Positions 31,766 through 41,990 of a DNA stretch of 64,000 nt are shown in pieces. The position numbers and the translations under genes were made by a program. Below the pieces are notes generated by a model, which was given only the letters and a program-made list of their open reading frames with translations, had not been told where the DNA came from and did no database searches. Origin of the DNA: an uncultured Acidobacteriota bacterium (lineage in GTDB: Bacteria > Acidobacteriota > Thermoanaerobaculia > Gp7-AA8); contig CAVUKB010000007.1 of the NCBI GenBank assembly GCA_963741955.1, positions 768,001 to 832,000 of the forward strand, written 5' to 3'. How positions within the stretch are numbered: position 1 is the stretch's first letter; each line of letters starts with the position of its first letter.

Positions 31766-32221
31766 ATGCGTTGTCCCTATTGTGGAAGCACTGAAGATCG
31801 GGTGGTGGATTCCCGTGAAAGCCGGGAAGGCGACGTTATTCGCCGGCGGCGCGAGTGCGTTCACTGTGAGCGGCGCTTCACGAGCTACGAAAAGATCGAG
31901 CAGCTTCCCCTCTACGTGGTCAAGAGGGACGAGCGTCGCGAACCGTTCGAACGGGAGAAGCTCTTGCGAGGGCTGCTGATCGCCTGCCGGAAACGTCCGG
32001 TGGCGCCGGCGAAGCTCCAGGAGGTTGCCGACGAGATCGAAACAGCGATCCACGAAACACCCGATCGGGAGATCTCGAGCGGCGATCTCGGAAAGATGGT
32101 CATGCGCCGGCTGCGGGAGCTGGACCAGGTCGCCTACGTCCGCTTCGCTTCGGTCTACCGGCGCTTCGAGGCAGTCGAAGAATTCGTCCGTGAGCTCGAC
32201 CAGCTCAAGGACGAGGCGTGA
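31766..32221 (+). CDS. nrdR: Transcriptional repressor NrdR
   Basis: MRCPYC...VVDSR...RRRREC..C..RFTSYE, ATP cone, VAYVRFASVY. Confidence 0.97.
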   Translation: MRCPYCGSTEDRVVDSRESREGDVIRRRRECVHCERRFTSYEKIEQLPLYVVKRDERREPFEREKLLRGLLIACRKRPVAPAKLQEVADEIETAIHETPDREISSGDLGKMVMRRLRELDQVAYVRFASVYRRFEAVEEFVRELDQLKDEA

Positions 32222-32318
32222 TGCGGGACGGGAACAGCCATTGCAGTCGAGCTGAGGAACGATTCGCACCCGGGAAAAATCAAACGTCGGTCCGCAGGCC
32301 GGCAGTCGAGGGGACACC

Positions 32319-34784
32319 ATGACAGAGCCGAATGAATCTGCGAAGGAAGAAGCCATCAAGATCCCGGACGTACTTCCAGTGCTTCCGCTCAAGGATCTCG
32401 TGATCTTTCCATTCATCATCGTCCCCCTGTCCGTGTCTAGGGAGAAATCGATCAACGCAGTCGATCAGGCGCTCGCCGAGAACCGCGTGATCATGCTCAC
32501 CGCGCAGAAGGATTTCCAGAACGAAGATCCGGGCGAGGACGATCTCTACAGGATCGGGACGGTGGCGATCATCATGCGGATGCTCAAGCTTCCCGACGGT
32601 CGCATCCGCATTCTGGTGCAGGGCCTGGCGCGGGCACGGGTCGATTACTTCATCCAGACCGCGCCGTTCTTCAAGGCCAAGATCACCCGGATCGAAGAGC
32701 CGGTCGTGAAAGAGCGGGGACTGGAGACCGAGGCACTGATCCGCTCGGCCAAACAGAACCTGGACAAGGCCGTGTCGCTCGGGAAGAACATCTCCCCCGA
32801 AGTGATGGTGATCGCCGCGAATCTGGACGACCCGGCGCGACTGACCGATCTGGCAGCCTCGAATCTCGATCTCAAGCTGGAAGAAGCGCAGAACATCCTC
32901 GAGACGCTCGATCCGGTCGAGCGCCTCAAGAAGGTCAACGACATGCTGGTGCGGGAGATCAACCTCCTCACCATGCAGCAGGAGATCTCCAGCGCGGCCC
33001 AGGGGGAGATGAACAAGAGCCAGCGCGAGTACTTCCTCCGGCAGCAGCTCAAGGCCATCCAATCGGAGCTCGGAGAAGGAGAAGAGCTCGCCGAGGAGAT
33101 CGAGAATTACCGCAAGAAAATCGAAGAGAAGATGATGCCGGAGGAGGCGAAGGAGGAGGTCGACAAGCAGATCAAGCGGCTCGAGCGCTCCCATCCCGAC
33201 TCCGCCGAGACGTCGATCATCCGAACCTATCTCGACTGGATGACCGGCCTCCCGTGGGGTGTGATGTCTCAGGACAACCACGACCTCCAGCACGCCCGCA
33301 CCATTCTCGACGAGGACCACTACGATCTGGAGAAGATCAAAGAGAGGATTCTCGAGTACCTCGCCGTCCGGAAGCTCAAGGGGACGAAGATGAAGGGTCC
33401 GATCCTCTGCTTCGTCGGCCCTCCCGGTGTCGGAAAGACCTCACTCGGCCGTTCCATCGCCCGCGCTCTGAACCGGAAGTTCGTGCGCATCTCTCTCGGC
33501 GGCGTCCGCGACGAGGCCGAGATCCGCGGGCACCGGCGGACGTACGTCGGCGCGCTCCCCGGGCGGATCGTCCAGGGGATCAACCAGGCCCAGACCGGCA
33601 ACCCCGTATTCATGCTCGACGAGGTGGACAAGATCGGCGCCGATTACCGCGGTGATCCTTCGTCGGCGCTGCTCGAGGTTCTCGATCCCGAACAGAACTT
33701 CTCGTTCCGCGACCACTACCTCGGCGTCGCGTACGACCTGTCGAACGTGATGTTCATCGTCACCGCGAATGTCCTCGAGACCATCCAGCCGGCCTTCCTC
33801 GACCGGATGGAGATCATTCGACTCTCCGGCTACACGGACGAGGAGAAGATCATGATCGCGAGGCGCCACCTGATCCCGAAACAGATGGAGGAGAACGGGA
33901 TCACCCAGACCGAAGTGGTCTGGACGGACCTCGGGATCACCAAGATCACCACCGGCTACACGAAGGAAGCGGGCCTGCGGAATCTGGAGCGGGAGATCGG
34001 CACGATCTGCCGGAAGATCGCCGTGGACCTGGCGGAAGGAAAAGCGAAGGAATCGTACCGCATCACCGATTCGACGGTCGAAAGATACCTCGGGCCGATG
34101 CGTCACTTCACCGAAGAACTTCTCGAGCGCGATCAGGTCGGCGTCGCCACCGGTCTCGCCTGGACGGCGGTCGGCGGTGACATCCTCTTCATCGAAGCGA
34201 TCGCAGTGAAGGGGAAGGGGAAGCTGCAGCTCACCGGTCAGCTCGGTGACGTGATGAAAGAGTCCGCTCAGGCTGCGCTCACCTATTCGCGCGCACATGC
34301 CGAAGAGCAGGGAGTCGATCCGGACTACTTCGAGAGTCACGACATCCACATCCACGTTCCCGCCGGTGCGATCCCGAAGGACGGGCCTTCCGCCGGAATC
34401 ACCATGACTCTCGCCATCATCTCCGTGATCACCCGGCGTCCGGTCCGCCGGAACGTCGCGATGACTGGAGAAGTGACCCTCCGCGGAGAGATCCTCCCGA
34501 TCGGAGGGGTGAAGGAGAAAGTCCTCGCGGCACGCGCGGCGAAGCTCAACACGGTGATCCTTCCGAAGCTGAATCAGAGGGATCTGGTCGACGTTCCCGA
34601 TCCGATCAAGAGGGACATGACCTTCTACTTCGTGGAGCACGTCGAAGACGTCCTGAAGATCGCGCTGCTGGAACCGGAGAAAGCGGAACAGAAGACCGTC
34701 GACCGCTCGGCACGGGAGGCGACCCGTCTGTCGGAGCCGAAGCCGGCCACGGATGAAGAGCCGGTCGTGCACCAGGCGAAGTAG
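32319..34784 (+). CDS. lon: Lon protease (endopeptidase La)
   Basis: GPPGVGKTS, RGHRRTYVGA, PKDGPSAG catalytic Ser, IGGVKEK. Confidence 0.98.
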   Translation: MTEPNESAKEEAIKIPDVLPVLPLKDLVIFPFIIVPLSVSREKSINAVDQALAENRVIMLTAQKDFQNEDPGEDDLYRIGTVAIIMRMLKLPDGRIRILVQGLARARVDYFIQTAPFFKAKITRIEEPVVKERGLETEALIRSAKQNLDKAVSLGKNISPEVMVIAANLDDPARLTDLAASNLDLKLEEAQNILETLDPVERLKKVNDMLVREINLLTMQQEISSAAQGEMNKSQREYFLRQQLKAIQSELGEGEELAEEIENYRKKIEEKMMPEEAKEEVDKQIKRLERSHPDSAETSIIRTYLDWMTGLPWGVMSQDNHDLQHARTILDEDHYDLEKIKERILEYLAVRKLKGTKMKGPILCFVGPPGVGKTSLGRSIARALNRKFVRISLGGVRDEAEIRGHRRTYVGALPGRIVQGINQAQTGNPVFMLDEVDKIGADYRGDPSSALLEVLDPEQNFSFRDHYLGVAYDLSNVMFIVTANVLETIQPAFLDRMEIIRLSGYTDEEKIMIARRHLIPKQMEENGITQTEVVWTDLGITKITTGYTKEAGLRNLEREIGTICRKIAVDLAEGKAKESYRITDSTVERYLGPMRHFTEELLERDQVGVATGLAWTAVGGDILFIEAIAVKGKGKLQLTGQLGDVMKESAQAALTYSRAHAEEQGVDPDYFESHDIHIHVPAGAIPKDGPSAGITMTLAIISVITRRPVRRNVAMTGEVTLRGEILPIGGVKEKVLAARAAKLNTVILPKLNQRDLVDVPDPIKRDMTFYFVEHVEDVLKIALLEPEKAEQKTVDRSAREATRLSEPKPATDEEPVVHQAK

Positions 34785-34901
34785 CGGGAAGTTTTCAGAG
34801 TCCCGTCAGTCGAAGGCTCGTCGCTCTCACGCGGGAGTCGCCTGAGGCGAGAGTCCGAGGCCGGCTCCGTCGCGAGCGCCGAACGTCGGGCTCGTGGCAT
34901 C

Positions 34902-34953
34902 CATCACTCGCGGCGGGACGCCGCTCGCCATCGCGCGGGGACGCGGGACCCAC
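34902..34953. repeat. Second copy of REP-like element
   Basis: 47/52 identity to 17340-17391; inner hairpin GCGGCG-NNN-CGCCGC; lies between convergent lon and bioY. Confidence 0.75.
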
Positions 34954-35073
34954 GGTTGGTCTCTGAAACGTTCGGTTTCGCAGCCGATGTCGCGTCGATT
35001 CTTCTGCGACTGAGCACAGTCTCCGAAGAATGTTCTGTTTTTGGAGCTACCGACGAATATTCTGCGCCGCGGA

Positions 35074-35667
35074 TCAGGCGAAGCGCCGGATCAGCCGGTG
35101 TGCCGACGGAAGAATCGCGGCGGCAATCGCGACCTTGACCAGATCACCCGCGAGGAACGGCAGCGAACCGATCGTGAATGCCTTCGCTGCGCCGAGGTGC
35201 AGCGGAGCGGCGAGCCACGACCATCCGCCGACGTGGATCACGGCCGTGGCGGCAAGCATCGAGGCGGTGGTGCCGGCGAGGGTTCGGGTCCATCCCTTTT
35301 CTGCGGCGAAGCCGGTGATGAATGCGGCGGCCGGGAACGCGTAGAGGAATCCCGCGGTCGGTCCGACGAACGGAAGGAGGCCGGCGCCGCCGTGAGCGAG
35401 CACCGGAAATCCGCTCAGCGCTTCCACCAGATAGAGGATCACTGCGGCGGCGCCCCGGCGGGAGCCGAGCACGGCGCCGATCAGCAGCACCGCGAGCGAC
35501 TGCAGAGTCATCGGAACGGGTGAGAAGGGGAGTACAACCGCGACCTGAGCCGAAAGAGCGAGAAGAACACTCGCGCTGACCACGAGCATCACGTTCATCA
35601 TCGCCGAGCGATGGATCACGCGATCCTCAAGTACTTTCGGTAGTGTGACGATGCCGCTTTCGTTCAT
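35074..35667 (-). CDS. bioY: Biotin transporter BioY
   Basis: PFSPVPMTLQ, LG...G, GPTAGFL, PFLAGDLVK. Confidence 0.92.
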   Translation of the reverse strand: MNESGIVTLPKVLEDRVIHRSAMMNVMLVVSASVLLALSAQVAVVLPFSPVPMTLQSLAVLLIGAVLGSRRGAAAVILYLVEALSGFPVLAHGGAGLLPFVGPTAGFLYAFPAAAFITGFAAEKGWTRTLAGTTASMLAATAVIHVGGWSWLAAPLHLGAAKAFTIGSLPFLAGDLVKVAIAAAILPSAHRLIRRFA

Positions 35668-35696
35668 CCGAGCCCTCCCGACGAATTTCGCGCCCA

Positions 35697-38249
35697 TTAT
35701 GCCATTTCCGTCCTCTCTGACGTCACCCCGGCCCTCTTTTTCTCCAGAACCAGCACGGCCGGAACGAGAGTGATCGCCGCGAGACCGCTCAGAAGAATTC
35801 CGAACGTCGAGGCGTAACCGATCGATCGAAGCCCCGGATAATGCGACAGAGCAAATGATCCGTATCCGACGATGGAAGTGATTGCGGCCATGACCACGGC
35901 TTTTCCGGTCTCCGAGGCGCCGCGGGCGAAGTGATCCCGATTCTCGAGGAACCGTTCGAGCATGTAGACGGCGTAGTCCGTGGCGACGCCGATGATCATC
36001 AGCCCCACGAAGACGTTCATGAAGTTGAACTCGAGATCGAGCGCCGCCATCAGTCCGAGCATTCCCGTCGCTCCGGCGATGAACGGGACGAAGGTCATGA
36101 TGGTCATTTTCACGGTGCGGAAGCTGAGAAACATCAGGAGAAACACCGCGATGAAACCGATCAGCGTCGCGCGGATGGCGTCCGCACGGACGATCCGGCG
36201 GAGCGTTCCGCTGACCAGATTCACTCCGGTCAGAATCGATCCCGGATGACGGTCCTGCAGCGCGAGAAGTGCGGGGGGAACGTCGCGCTCCCACACCCCT
36301 CCCGTCGGATAGACGTAGGTGACGGACATGAAGCCGTCCGGAGTCTTCTTCACGAAGCGGCTGGCGAGCCGCTGGATGTTCGCGTCATCGATGCTCTCGA
36401 GGGTGATCGGACCCTTCGGATCGAGTGCCTGATGGAAGAGGTCGAGGTAGTGGTCCCATCCGCCAGGACGGAACCCGTTCGCGGCGAGCGCCGCGCGGAA
36501 CGTCTGCGAGATGCGGTCGAAGGAGAACGTGTCGTCCCGCCCTTCGTGCAGCATTCGAATCACCTGGTTCTGCTGGGCAGTGGTCGGAAGAAGTGAGCCG
36601 ATCGACTGGTACGAAGCGATGGTTCCGTTCTGCACCAGCTGCTCGAGGTCCGCGCTCGAGGCCTGAGTCCTCTCGAGCGTCGAATCCATGCTCTTCCCTT
36701 CGACCACGTACATCATGAAGTCGAACGACTGCCCGAACTTCTTCGTCAGCTGCTCCTGGACTTCCACTCCCTGATTCCCCTTCGCGCGGAGATCCTGGAT
36801 GTTGTCGCTGAAGCGGATCTTCGTGGCGGCGACTCCCGCCAGGATCACGAAGATCGACCAGAACGCGATCGTCTTCCGCGGATTGGCGATGCTCCAGTCG
36901 ATCACGTGATGCGATCCGAACGAGTGGAGGAAGAGGCGCGGATCTTTCCCGTTGCCGCTGCTCTTCCGTTCCGAACGGATGACCAAAGCGGGAAGGAGGA
37001 ACGTCACGGCGAGAAGAAAGAAGAGGATGCCCGTCCCGGTGAGGAAGCCGAGCTGGCGCATCCCGCGGAAGTCGGTTGCCAGGAACGCGTAGAACGTCGC
37101 GGAGGTGGTGATCGCGGCGATGAAGACGCCGGGAAGCGTCTTTCGCATCACGATGCGGATCGCGTCATCGAGCCCCACCCCGCGATTCCGCTCGTCGACG
37201 TAGCGACCGTACATCACGGTGATGAAATCGATCCCGAGACCGGCGAGGAGCGCCGCGAAGCCGGCGCTGGCGGACGAGAGAATTCCGTAGACCGCGCCGG
37301 CGATCCCGAACGTCATCGCCAGCCCGAGGGCCATCGGGATTCCGGCGTACGCGATCGACGCAGCACGGCGGAACGCGTAGAGGAAGAGCGCCAGGACTCC
37401 GAAGAACGAGAAGAGGACGTTGACCACGATGTCCTTCTTGATCAGCTCCGCGTCGCCGAACGCGATCATGTACCCGCCGGTGTATTGGATGGTCGGAACG
37501 GGAGTGCCGCTTCCGGCGCTCTTCCGGAACGCGTCGACCGCCTTCTTCTCGATCTCCGCCTTCGCGGCCACCAGCTTCCGGGCGAACGGGATGTCCTGCG
37601 CCGGCCGCTTCGGCTTGGTGAGAATCAACAGGGTCGAATGATCTTCGGAGAGGTAGTAGCCGCTGGTGACGTCGAGGCGGAACCCGTTTCCGGCGCTCTT
37701 GAACCGCCGAAGATAGATCGGGAGGAGATTGAACGGGTCGTAACGGATCACCTCCTTCATCGCGAACGACTGCGGAGTGCGGAGGATCTCGCGGTCCCGG
37801 GCGACCGTCTCGCGGATCTGCTCGTCGGTGAGTTTCCCCGCAACCTCCCGGAGCTCGGATGGGGTCAGGAGAAGCATCGATCGGGGGAGGAGCTCCTCGA
37901 TCATCTCCAGCGGATTGGGAATCCGGTAGACGACGTCGTTGATCAGCGGAGACGACTCGTACCCGCGGGCGATGTTCTCGATCAGTGAGTCGTACTCGTG
38001 GACGTCGTGGCCCCCGGGAATCTGCATCACCACGATGTGGTAGTCGATCGTCCCCATCTCGGTGAGCACTTTTCTGAAGTCGTTGACCTCGTGGTTGTGC
38101 TGCGGGATGAGGTTGAGGATGTCGGGGTCGAACGAGAGGAGCGAAGCTCCGGCGAGGGCGGCGAGAGCGAGAACGGCTGAGGCGACGAGGATCCGCCGGG
38201 TGTGGTGGAGGCAGATGTTCGCGATCGTGTCTGTGACTCGGTCGAGCAA
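35697..38249 (-). CDS. MMPL/RND family transporter
   Basis: Two TM bundles with GLGIDF and GVATDY motifs and large extracytoplasmic loops; TTG start inferred. Confidence 0.88.
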   Translation of the reverse strand: MLDRVTDTIANICLHHTRRILVASAVLALAALAGASLLSFDPDILNLIPQHNHEVNDFRKVLTEMGTIDYHIVVMQIPGGHDVHEYDSLIENIARGYESSPLINDVVYRIPNPLEMIEELLPRSMLLLTPSELREVAGKLTDEQIRETVARDREILRTPQSFAMKEVIRYDPFNLLPIYLRRFKSAGNGFRLDVTSGYYLSEDHSTLLILTKPKRPAQDIPFARKLVAAKAEIEKKAVDAFRKSAGSGTPVPTIQYTGGYMIAFGDAELIKKDIVVNVLFSFFGVLALFLYAFRRAASIAYAGIPMALGLAMTFGIAGAVYGILSSASAGFAALLAGLGIDFITVMYGRYVDERNRGVGLDDAIRIVMRKTLPGVFIAAITTSATFYAFLATDFRGMRQLGFLTGTGILFFLLAVTFLLPALVIRSERKSSGNGKDPRLFLHSFGSHHVIDWSIANPRKTIAFWSIFVILAGVAATKIRFSDNIQDLRAKGNQGVEVQEQLTKKFGQSFDFMMYVVEGKSMDSTLERTQASSADLEQLVQNGTIASYQSIGSLLPTTAQQNQVIRMLHEGRDDTFSFDRISQTFRAALAANGFRPGGWDHYLDLFHQALDPKGPITLESIDDANIQRLASRFVKKTPDGFMSVTYVYPTGGVWERDVPPALLALQDRHPGSILTGVNLVSGTLRRIVRADAIRATLIGFIAVFLLMFLSFRTVKMTIMTFVPFIAGATGMLGLMAALDLEFNFMNVFVGLMIIGVATDYAVYMLERFLENRDHFARGASETGKAVVMAAITSIVGYGSFALSHYPGLRSIGYASTFGILLSGLAAITLVPAVLVLEKKRAGVTSERTEMA

Positions 38250-38407
38250 TGAGAATTCCTGTCCTGGAGAGTCGCGTGTCGTCGGTGGTCCGGACGTTCC
38301 AGGCGGAGGGCCCGGACCCGGGGTATGGCCGCCTGTGCCGCGCGGGGATACCATGCATCGCGAAGATCCGTCAAGGATCGACCCGATTCGAAAAGAGGAC
38401 AACGAGA

Positions 38408-38995
38408 GTGCCGGAGCGACGATTCCTTCCCGTGATTGCCGCCTTGCTGCTCGCAGCATGCGCCCGACCTGCTCCCTTGACGCCGGCGCGCGCGAAGCAG
38501 ATCGTCGAGTCGCAGGTGTTCCGTTCGGAGCCGGTGTACGCGGAGGTCCCGATGACGGTCCGCTTCGGCCCCTCTTCCCCCGAAGATGCCTACGACGGGC
38601 TCTCGGTCCGCACTCTCCGCAATCTCGAGCGCGCCGGAGTGGTCACCGTGCAGCACGAGATCGAGAAGGATGGGACGGAGGTCTACCGGGCGACGGTGAC
38701 CAGGAAGGGCTTTCCACTTCTCGGAACCGTTCCGAGTGCGCGTGGAACGGCATTCCGGGCGATGATCTGCCGGAAGCTCTACGACGGCGTCCGGAATTTC
38801 GTGCGGCATCCGACCGACCCGACCGTCGGACGGGTCGAGATCGTCTGGCACTACGGAGATCCGACTCCGCTCTATCCGATGTTCGAGACGAGGATCGACA
38901 AGCCTCTCGACCGGCCGATGGTCTCGATCGCGTCGATCCGCTGGGAGTCCGGCGCGTGGCACCTCGATATTGTGGTGAAGAAGGAGCCGGGGTAG
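38408..38995 (+). CDS. Hypothetical lipoprotein
   Basis: Lipobox LLAAC, SD GAGG; distant similarity by eye to 58100..58697. Confidence 0.65.
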   Translation: MPERRFLPVIAALLLAACARPAPLTPARAKQIVESQVFRSEPVYAEVPMTVRFGPSSPEDAYDGLSVRTLRNLERAGVVTVQHEIEKDGTEVYRATVTRKGFPLLGTVPSARGTAFRAMICRKLYDGVRNFVRHPTDPTVGRVEIVWHYGDPTPLYPMFETRIDKPLDRPMVSIASIRWESGAWHLDIVVKKEPG

Positions 38996-39005
38996 GAGGC
39001 GGGGA

Positions 39006-39102
39006 CGATTTGCGCGAATTCCGCGATTTGCGCGCGAGATTCCCACGCCTCCGTCGCCGGGCCAGGAGAGAAAAATCGGTTCTCTGAATCGCGCAAATCG
39101 CG
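39006..39102. repeat. Inverted/direct repeat cluster between convergent genes
   Basis: CGATTTGCGCG twice (39006, 39024) and reverse complement CGCGCAAATCG at about 39090. Confidence 0.55.
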
Positions 39103-39118
39103 CAGTTCGGATTCTCAC

Positions 39119-39616
39119 TCACCTCGCCCGGTTTCGTTCCTCCTCCCGCACACGCGCGTCGGACTGCTCGCGCATGTACGTTCCGGCGAGCGTGGCGCGC
39201 TCGAAGATGTGGCCGTCCATCCGCGTCTCGAGCTCTTCGCGGGAAGCTCCGGCGGCAAGATCGACTTCGGTGTCGAGCGCGTACGCCGTGAAGCGGTAGC
39301 GATGGCGCCCTGCGGGTGGACAGGGGCCGGTCCAGCCGGTGGATCCGGTGCCGTTGGTTCCCTGCGTCGCGCCGTTGTCGAGCTTCGAGCGTCCCGCTCC
39401 TTCGGCGAACGTGGCCGCGGTCACCGGGATGTTCCAGACCAGCCAGTGGACGAACGTTCCGCTCGGCGCGTCGGGATCGTCGACGATCAGTGCGAGGCTG
39501 TGAGCTTCCCGCGGAATGGAGGTGATCTGGATCGGGGGAGAGGTGTTCTCTCCGTCGCAGGTGTAGCGGGGCGGGATGTCGCCGCGATCGCGGAATGCCG
39601 AACTTCGAATCTCCAT
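39119..39616 (-). CDS. YbhB/YbcL (PEBP) family protein
   Basis: YTCDG..SP, DPDAP, HW, GPCPP..HRY motifs. Confidence 0.93.
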   Translation of the reverse strand: MEIRSSAFRDRGDIPPRYTCDGENTSPPIQITSIPREAHSLALIVDDPDAPSGTFVHWLVWNIPVTAATFAEGAGRSKLDNGATQGTNGTGSTGWTGPCPPAGRHRYRFTAYALDTEVDLAAGASREELETRMDGHIFERATLAGTYMREQSDARVREEERNRAR

Positions 39617-39672
39617 GTCGTGCCTCCTGTCGAAGAACGACCGGCGGATCGGGGCCGGTGGGGGGCGAGGTC

Positions 39673-40212
39673 CTACTCGCCGAGCTGCTTCGGAACCTTC
39701 CGGACTGCCTCGTAGCCGTTGTGCAGCCAGTCGGAGACGGTCACCGATGCGAACATCGCGTCGACGAAGCGCGCCGCACTCCGGTTGAAGAGATAGGTCG
39801 AGTAGAGCGCTCCGGCGATCCACGGTCCGGTACAGAATGGACAGGTCAGAAGGTCTCCGATCGCACGCTGCAGACCCGACCCCCTGGACGTCTCGGAGAC
39901 CTCTCCCGAGCCGGTCGACTCGTTGAATTCCGTGAACGGCGCTCGGATGGGACTGGTGATCCAGTCCCTGGTCACGATTCGGGTCAGTTTGTGCGTGGCG
40001 ATTCCGAAGAGCGCGATGTCGCGCCCCGAGAGCCGTCGCGGAAGTTTCTTCCCCGAGATTGCGGCGGCCGCGAGAACGCCCGCCGCGGCCGTCCCGAATG
40101 CCGCAAGGATCGCGACGTAGCCGCCGAGCGGCATCTCGCCTCCGTCGCCGTAGGCGTCGCGCACGAGACGGAGTTTCGACGCGCTTTCTGCCCCATGATC
40201 CGCTTCGGTCAT
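39673..40212 (-). CDS. DUF1360 family membrane protein
   Basis: ATHKLTRIVTRDWITSPIRAPF, GDLLTCPFC...W. Confidence 0.82.
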   Translation of the reverse strand: MTEADHGAESASKLRLVRDAYGDGGEMPLGGYVAILAAFGTAAAGVLAAAAISGKKLPRRLSGRDIALFGIATHKLTRIVTRDWITSPIRAPFTEFNESTGSGEVSETSRGSGLQRAIGDLLTCPFCTGPWIAGALYSTYLFNRSAARFVDAMFASVTVSDWLHNGYEAVRKVPKQLGE

Positions 40213-40276
40213 ACGAAAAAGGAAAGCAAGAAATGCTCCACGAAGGAGCGGAGACGGGCGTGTCGGAAACCGCGCC

Positions 40277-41722
40277 TCAGGCGTCGAACCAGCGTGCGAT
40301 CTCGAACGGATGGGGACGATTGCGGACCGCGCGGTCATCGGCCCGCAGATGCGCGATCAGATCGAGAATCTGCGCCTCTTCGAAGACGTCGCCGGCCAGG
40401 AGGAAGTCGTGGTCCAGCTCGAGTGCATCGCAGGCTTCCGAGATCGTGGTCGGAAGGCTGCGAATCGCGCGCCGCTGCTCTTCGGTCGCACTGAAGACGT
40501 CGAAGTCGACCGGACCGAACCCTTCCTCTCGCGGATCGATCTGCCGGAGGATCCCGTCGATGCCGGCCATCAGCTGCGCCGCGAGCGCGAGATAGACGTT
40601 GCAGCTCCCGTCCGGCGGGCGGAACTCGATCCGTGCCGTCTCCTCCCGGTCCGCGTACTTCGGGACCCGGATCGCCGCGGAGCGGTTGCCGAGAGAAAAG
40701 ATCGCCGAGACCGGCGCTTCGAAGCCCGGAACCAGACGCCGATAGGAGTTCGTGCTGGGATTGGTGATCGCGAGAAGTGCGGCTCCGTGGCGGAGGATGC
40801 CTCCGATGTAGTGGAGCGCGGTAGTGCTGATGTGCCCGTAACCGCTCGCATCGAAGAAGACGTTGCGGCCGCCGAGCCGCAGCATCTGGTGGAAGTGCAT
40901 CCCGTTGCCGGCTTCGCCGTACAGCGGCTTCGGCATGAAAGTCGCGGTCTGGCCGTGCCGTGCCGCGACGTTCTTCACCACGTATTTGATGATCTGCGTC
41001 GCGTCGCCGGAGAAGAGGATGCCGGCGAGAGGCGTCTCGATCTCGCACTGGCCCGGGCCGCCGACCTCGTGGTGGTGGTACTTGATCGGGATGCCGAGGT
41101 CTTCGAGGAGGAGTGAGATCTCGTCGCGCAGATCGTGGAGCGAATCGTTCGGCCGAATGGCGTGATACCCGCCATGGAGTGGATTGAGATGCCCGTGTCC
41201 CGCCGTCGCGCCGTTCCATGCGGCTTCGTCGCTCTCGATCCGGTACGACGCGACGTTCACTCCGTTCTCGATCGCGATGTTGCGGAAGACGTAGAACTCG
41301 TATTCCGGTCCCCACACGCTCTCGTCCGCGATCCCGGTACTCTGCAGAAATTCTTCGGCGCGCCGGACCACATTCCGCGGATCGGCAGCGAACGGAAGGC
41401 GGGTATCCGCTTCGAACGCCGAACAGATGAAGCTGAGCGTCGGCACCGTGGAAAACGGGTCGCGAAACGCAGTGGTGAGATCGGGGAGGAGAACCATGTC
41501 CCCCGATTTGACCGACTTGAGCCCGACACTCGATCCATCGAAGCCGACCCCTTCCCGGAGAAGCCGCTCGTCGAACTGGCTGACCGGAAGAGTCACGTGG
41601 TGCCACCGTCCCCAGAGGTCGCTGAACTTGAGGTCGATCATCCGGATCCGCTCGGCGGCGATCCGGGCGTTGAGTGTCTGGAGGCGGGACGTCGATTCGG
41701 TCGCTTCGAGAATCGCGGGCAT
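40277..41722 (-). CDS. glnA: Glutamine synthetase type I
   Basis: GFDGSS, HHEV, FMPKP..G.AGNGMH, NSYRRLVPGFEAP, NRSAAIRVP, RIEFRPPD. Confidence 0.95.
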   Translation of the reverse strand: MPAILEATESTSRLQTLNARIAAERIRMIDLKFSDLWGRWHHVTLPVSQFDERLLREGVGFDGSSVGLKSVKSGDMVLLPDLTTAFRDPFSTVPTLSFICSAFEADTRLPFAADPRNVVRRAEEFLQSTGIADESVWGPEYEFYVFRNIAIENGVNVASYRIESDEAAWNGATAGHGHLNPLHGGYHAIRPNDSLHDLRDEISLLLEDLGIPIKYHHHEVGGPGQCEIETPLAGILFSGDATQIIKYVVKNVAARHGQTATFMPKPLYGEAGNGMHFHQMLRLGGRNVFFDASGYGHISTTALHYIGGILRHGAALLAITNPSTNSYRRLVPGFEAPVSAIFSLGNRSAAIRVPKYADREETARIEFRPPDGSCNVYLALAAQLMAGIDGILRQIDPREEGFGPVDFDVFSATEEQRRAIRSLPTTISEACDALELDHDFLLAGDVFEEAQILDLIAHLRADDRAVRNRPHPFEIARWFDA

Positions 41723-41957
41723 CAGAGTTTCCCTTTCGGCCGGAGCATCACGCCCGGCGAGGAGCGGGAGGAACAGACACTTCTGTCGTGCAGCCTCCCG
41801 GGACGCAAGCTTCTGACGGAGAGGGCGGCAGACGCTACGAGATGGATCACAGGGCCGGGTGATGAGAAAGGAAGAACACCGATGCGGATTGTGGAGCCGT
41901 GAATCGACCGGGGCGAGCTGGGGGGAGCGGGCCGCGTGCCGGTTGCGGAAAGGGAAT

Positions 41958-41975
41958 ATGCGTGTTACAACACAC
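41958..41975 (+). promoter_or_regulatory. Putative MarR operator (copy 1)
   Basis: ATGCGTGTTACAACACAC, near-identical to the site at 42487. Confidence 0.6.
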
Positions 41976-41990
41976 GTTGCGGGGTGACAG

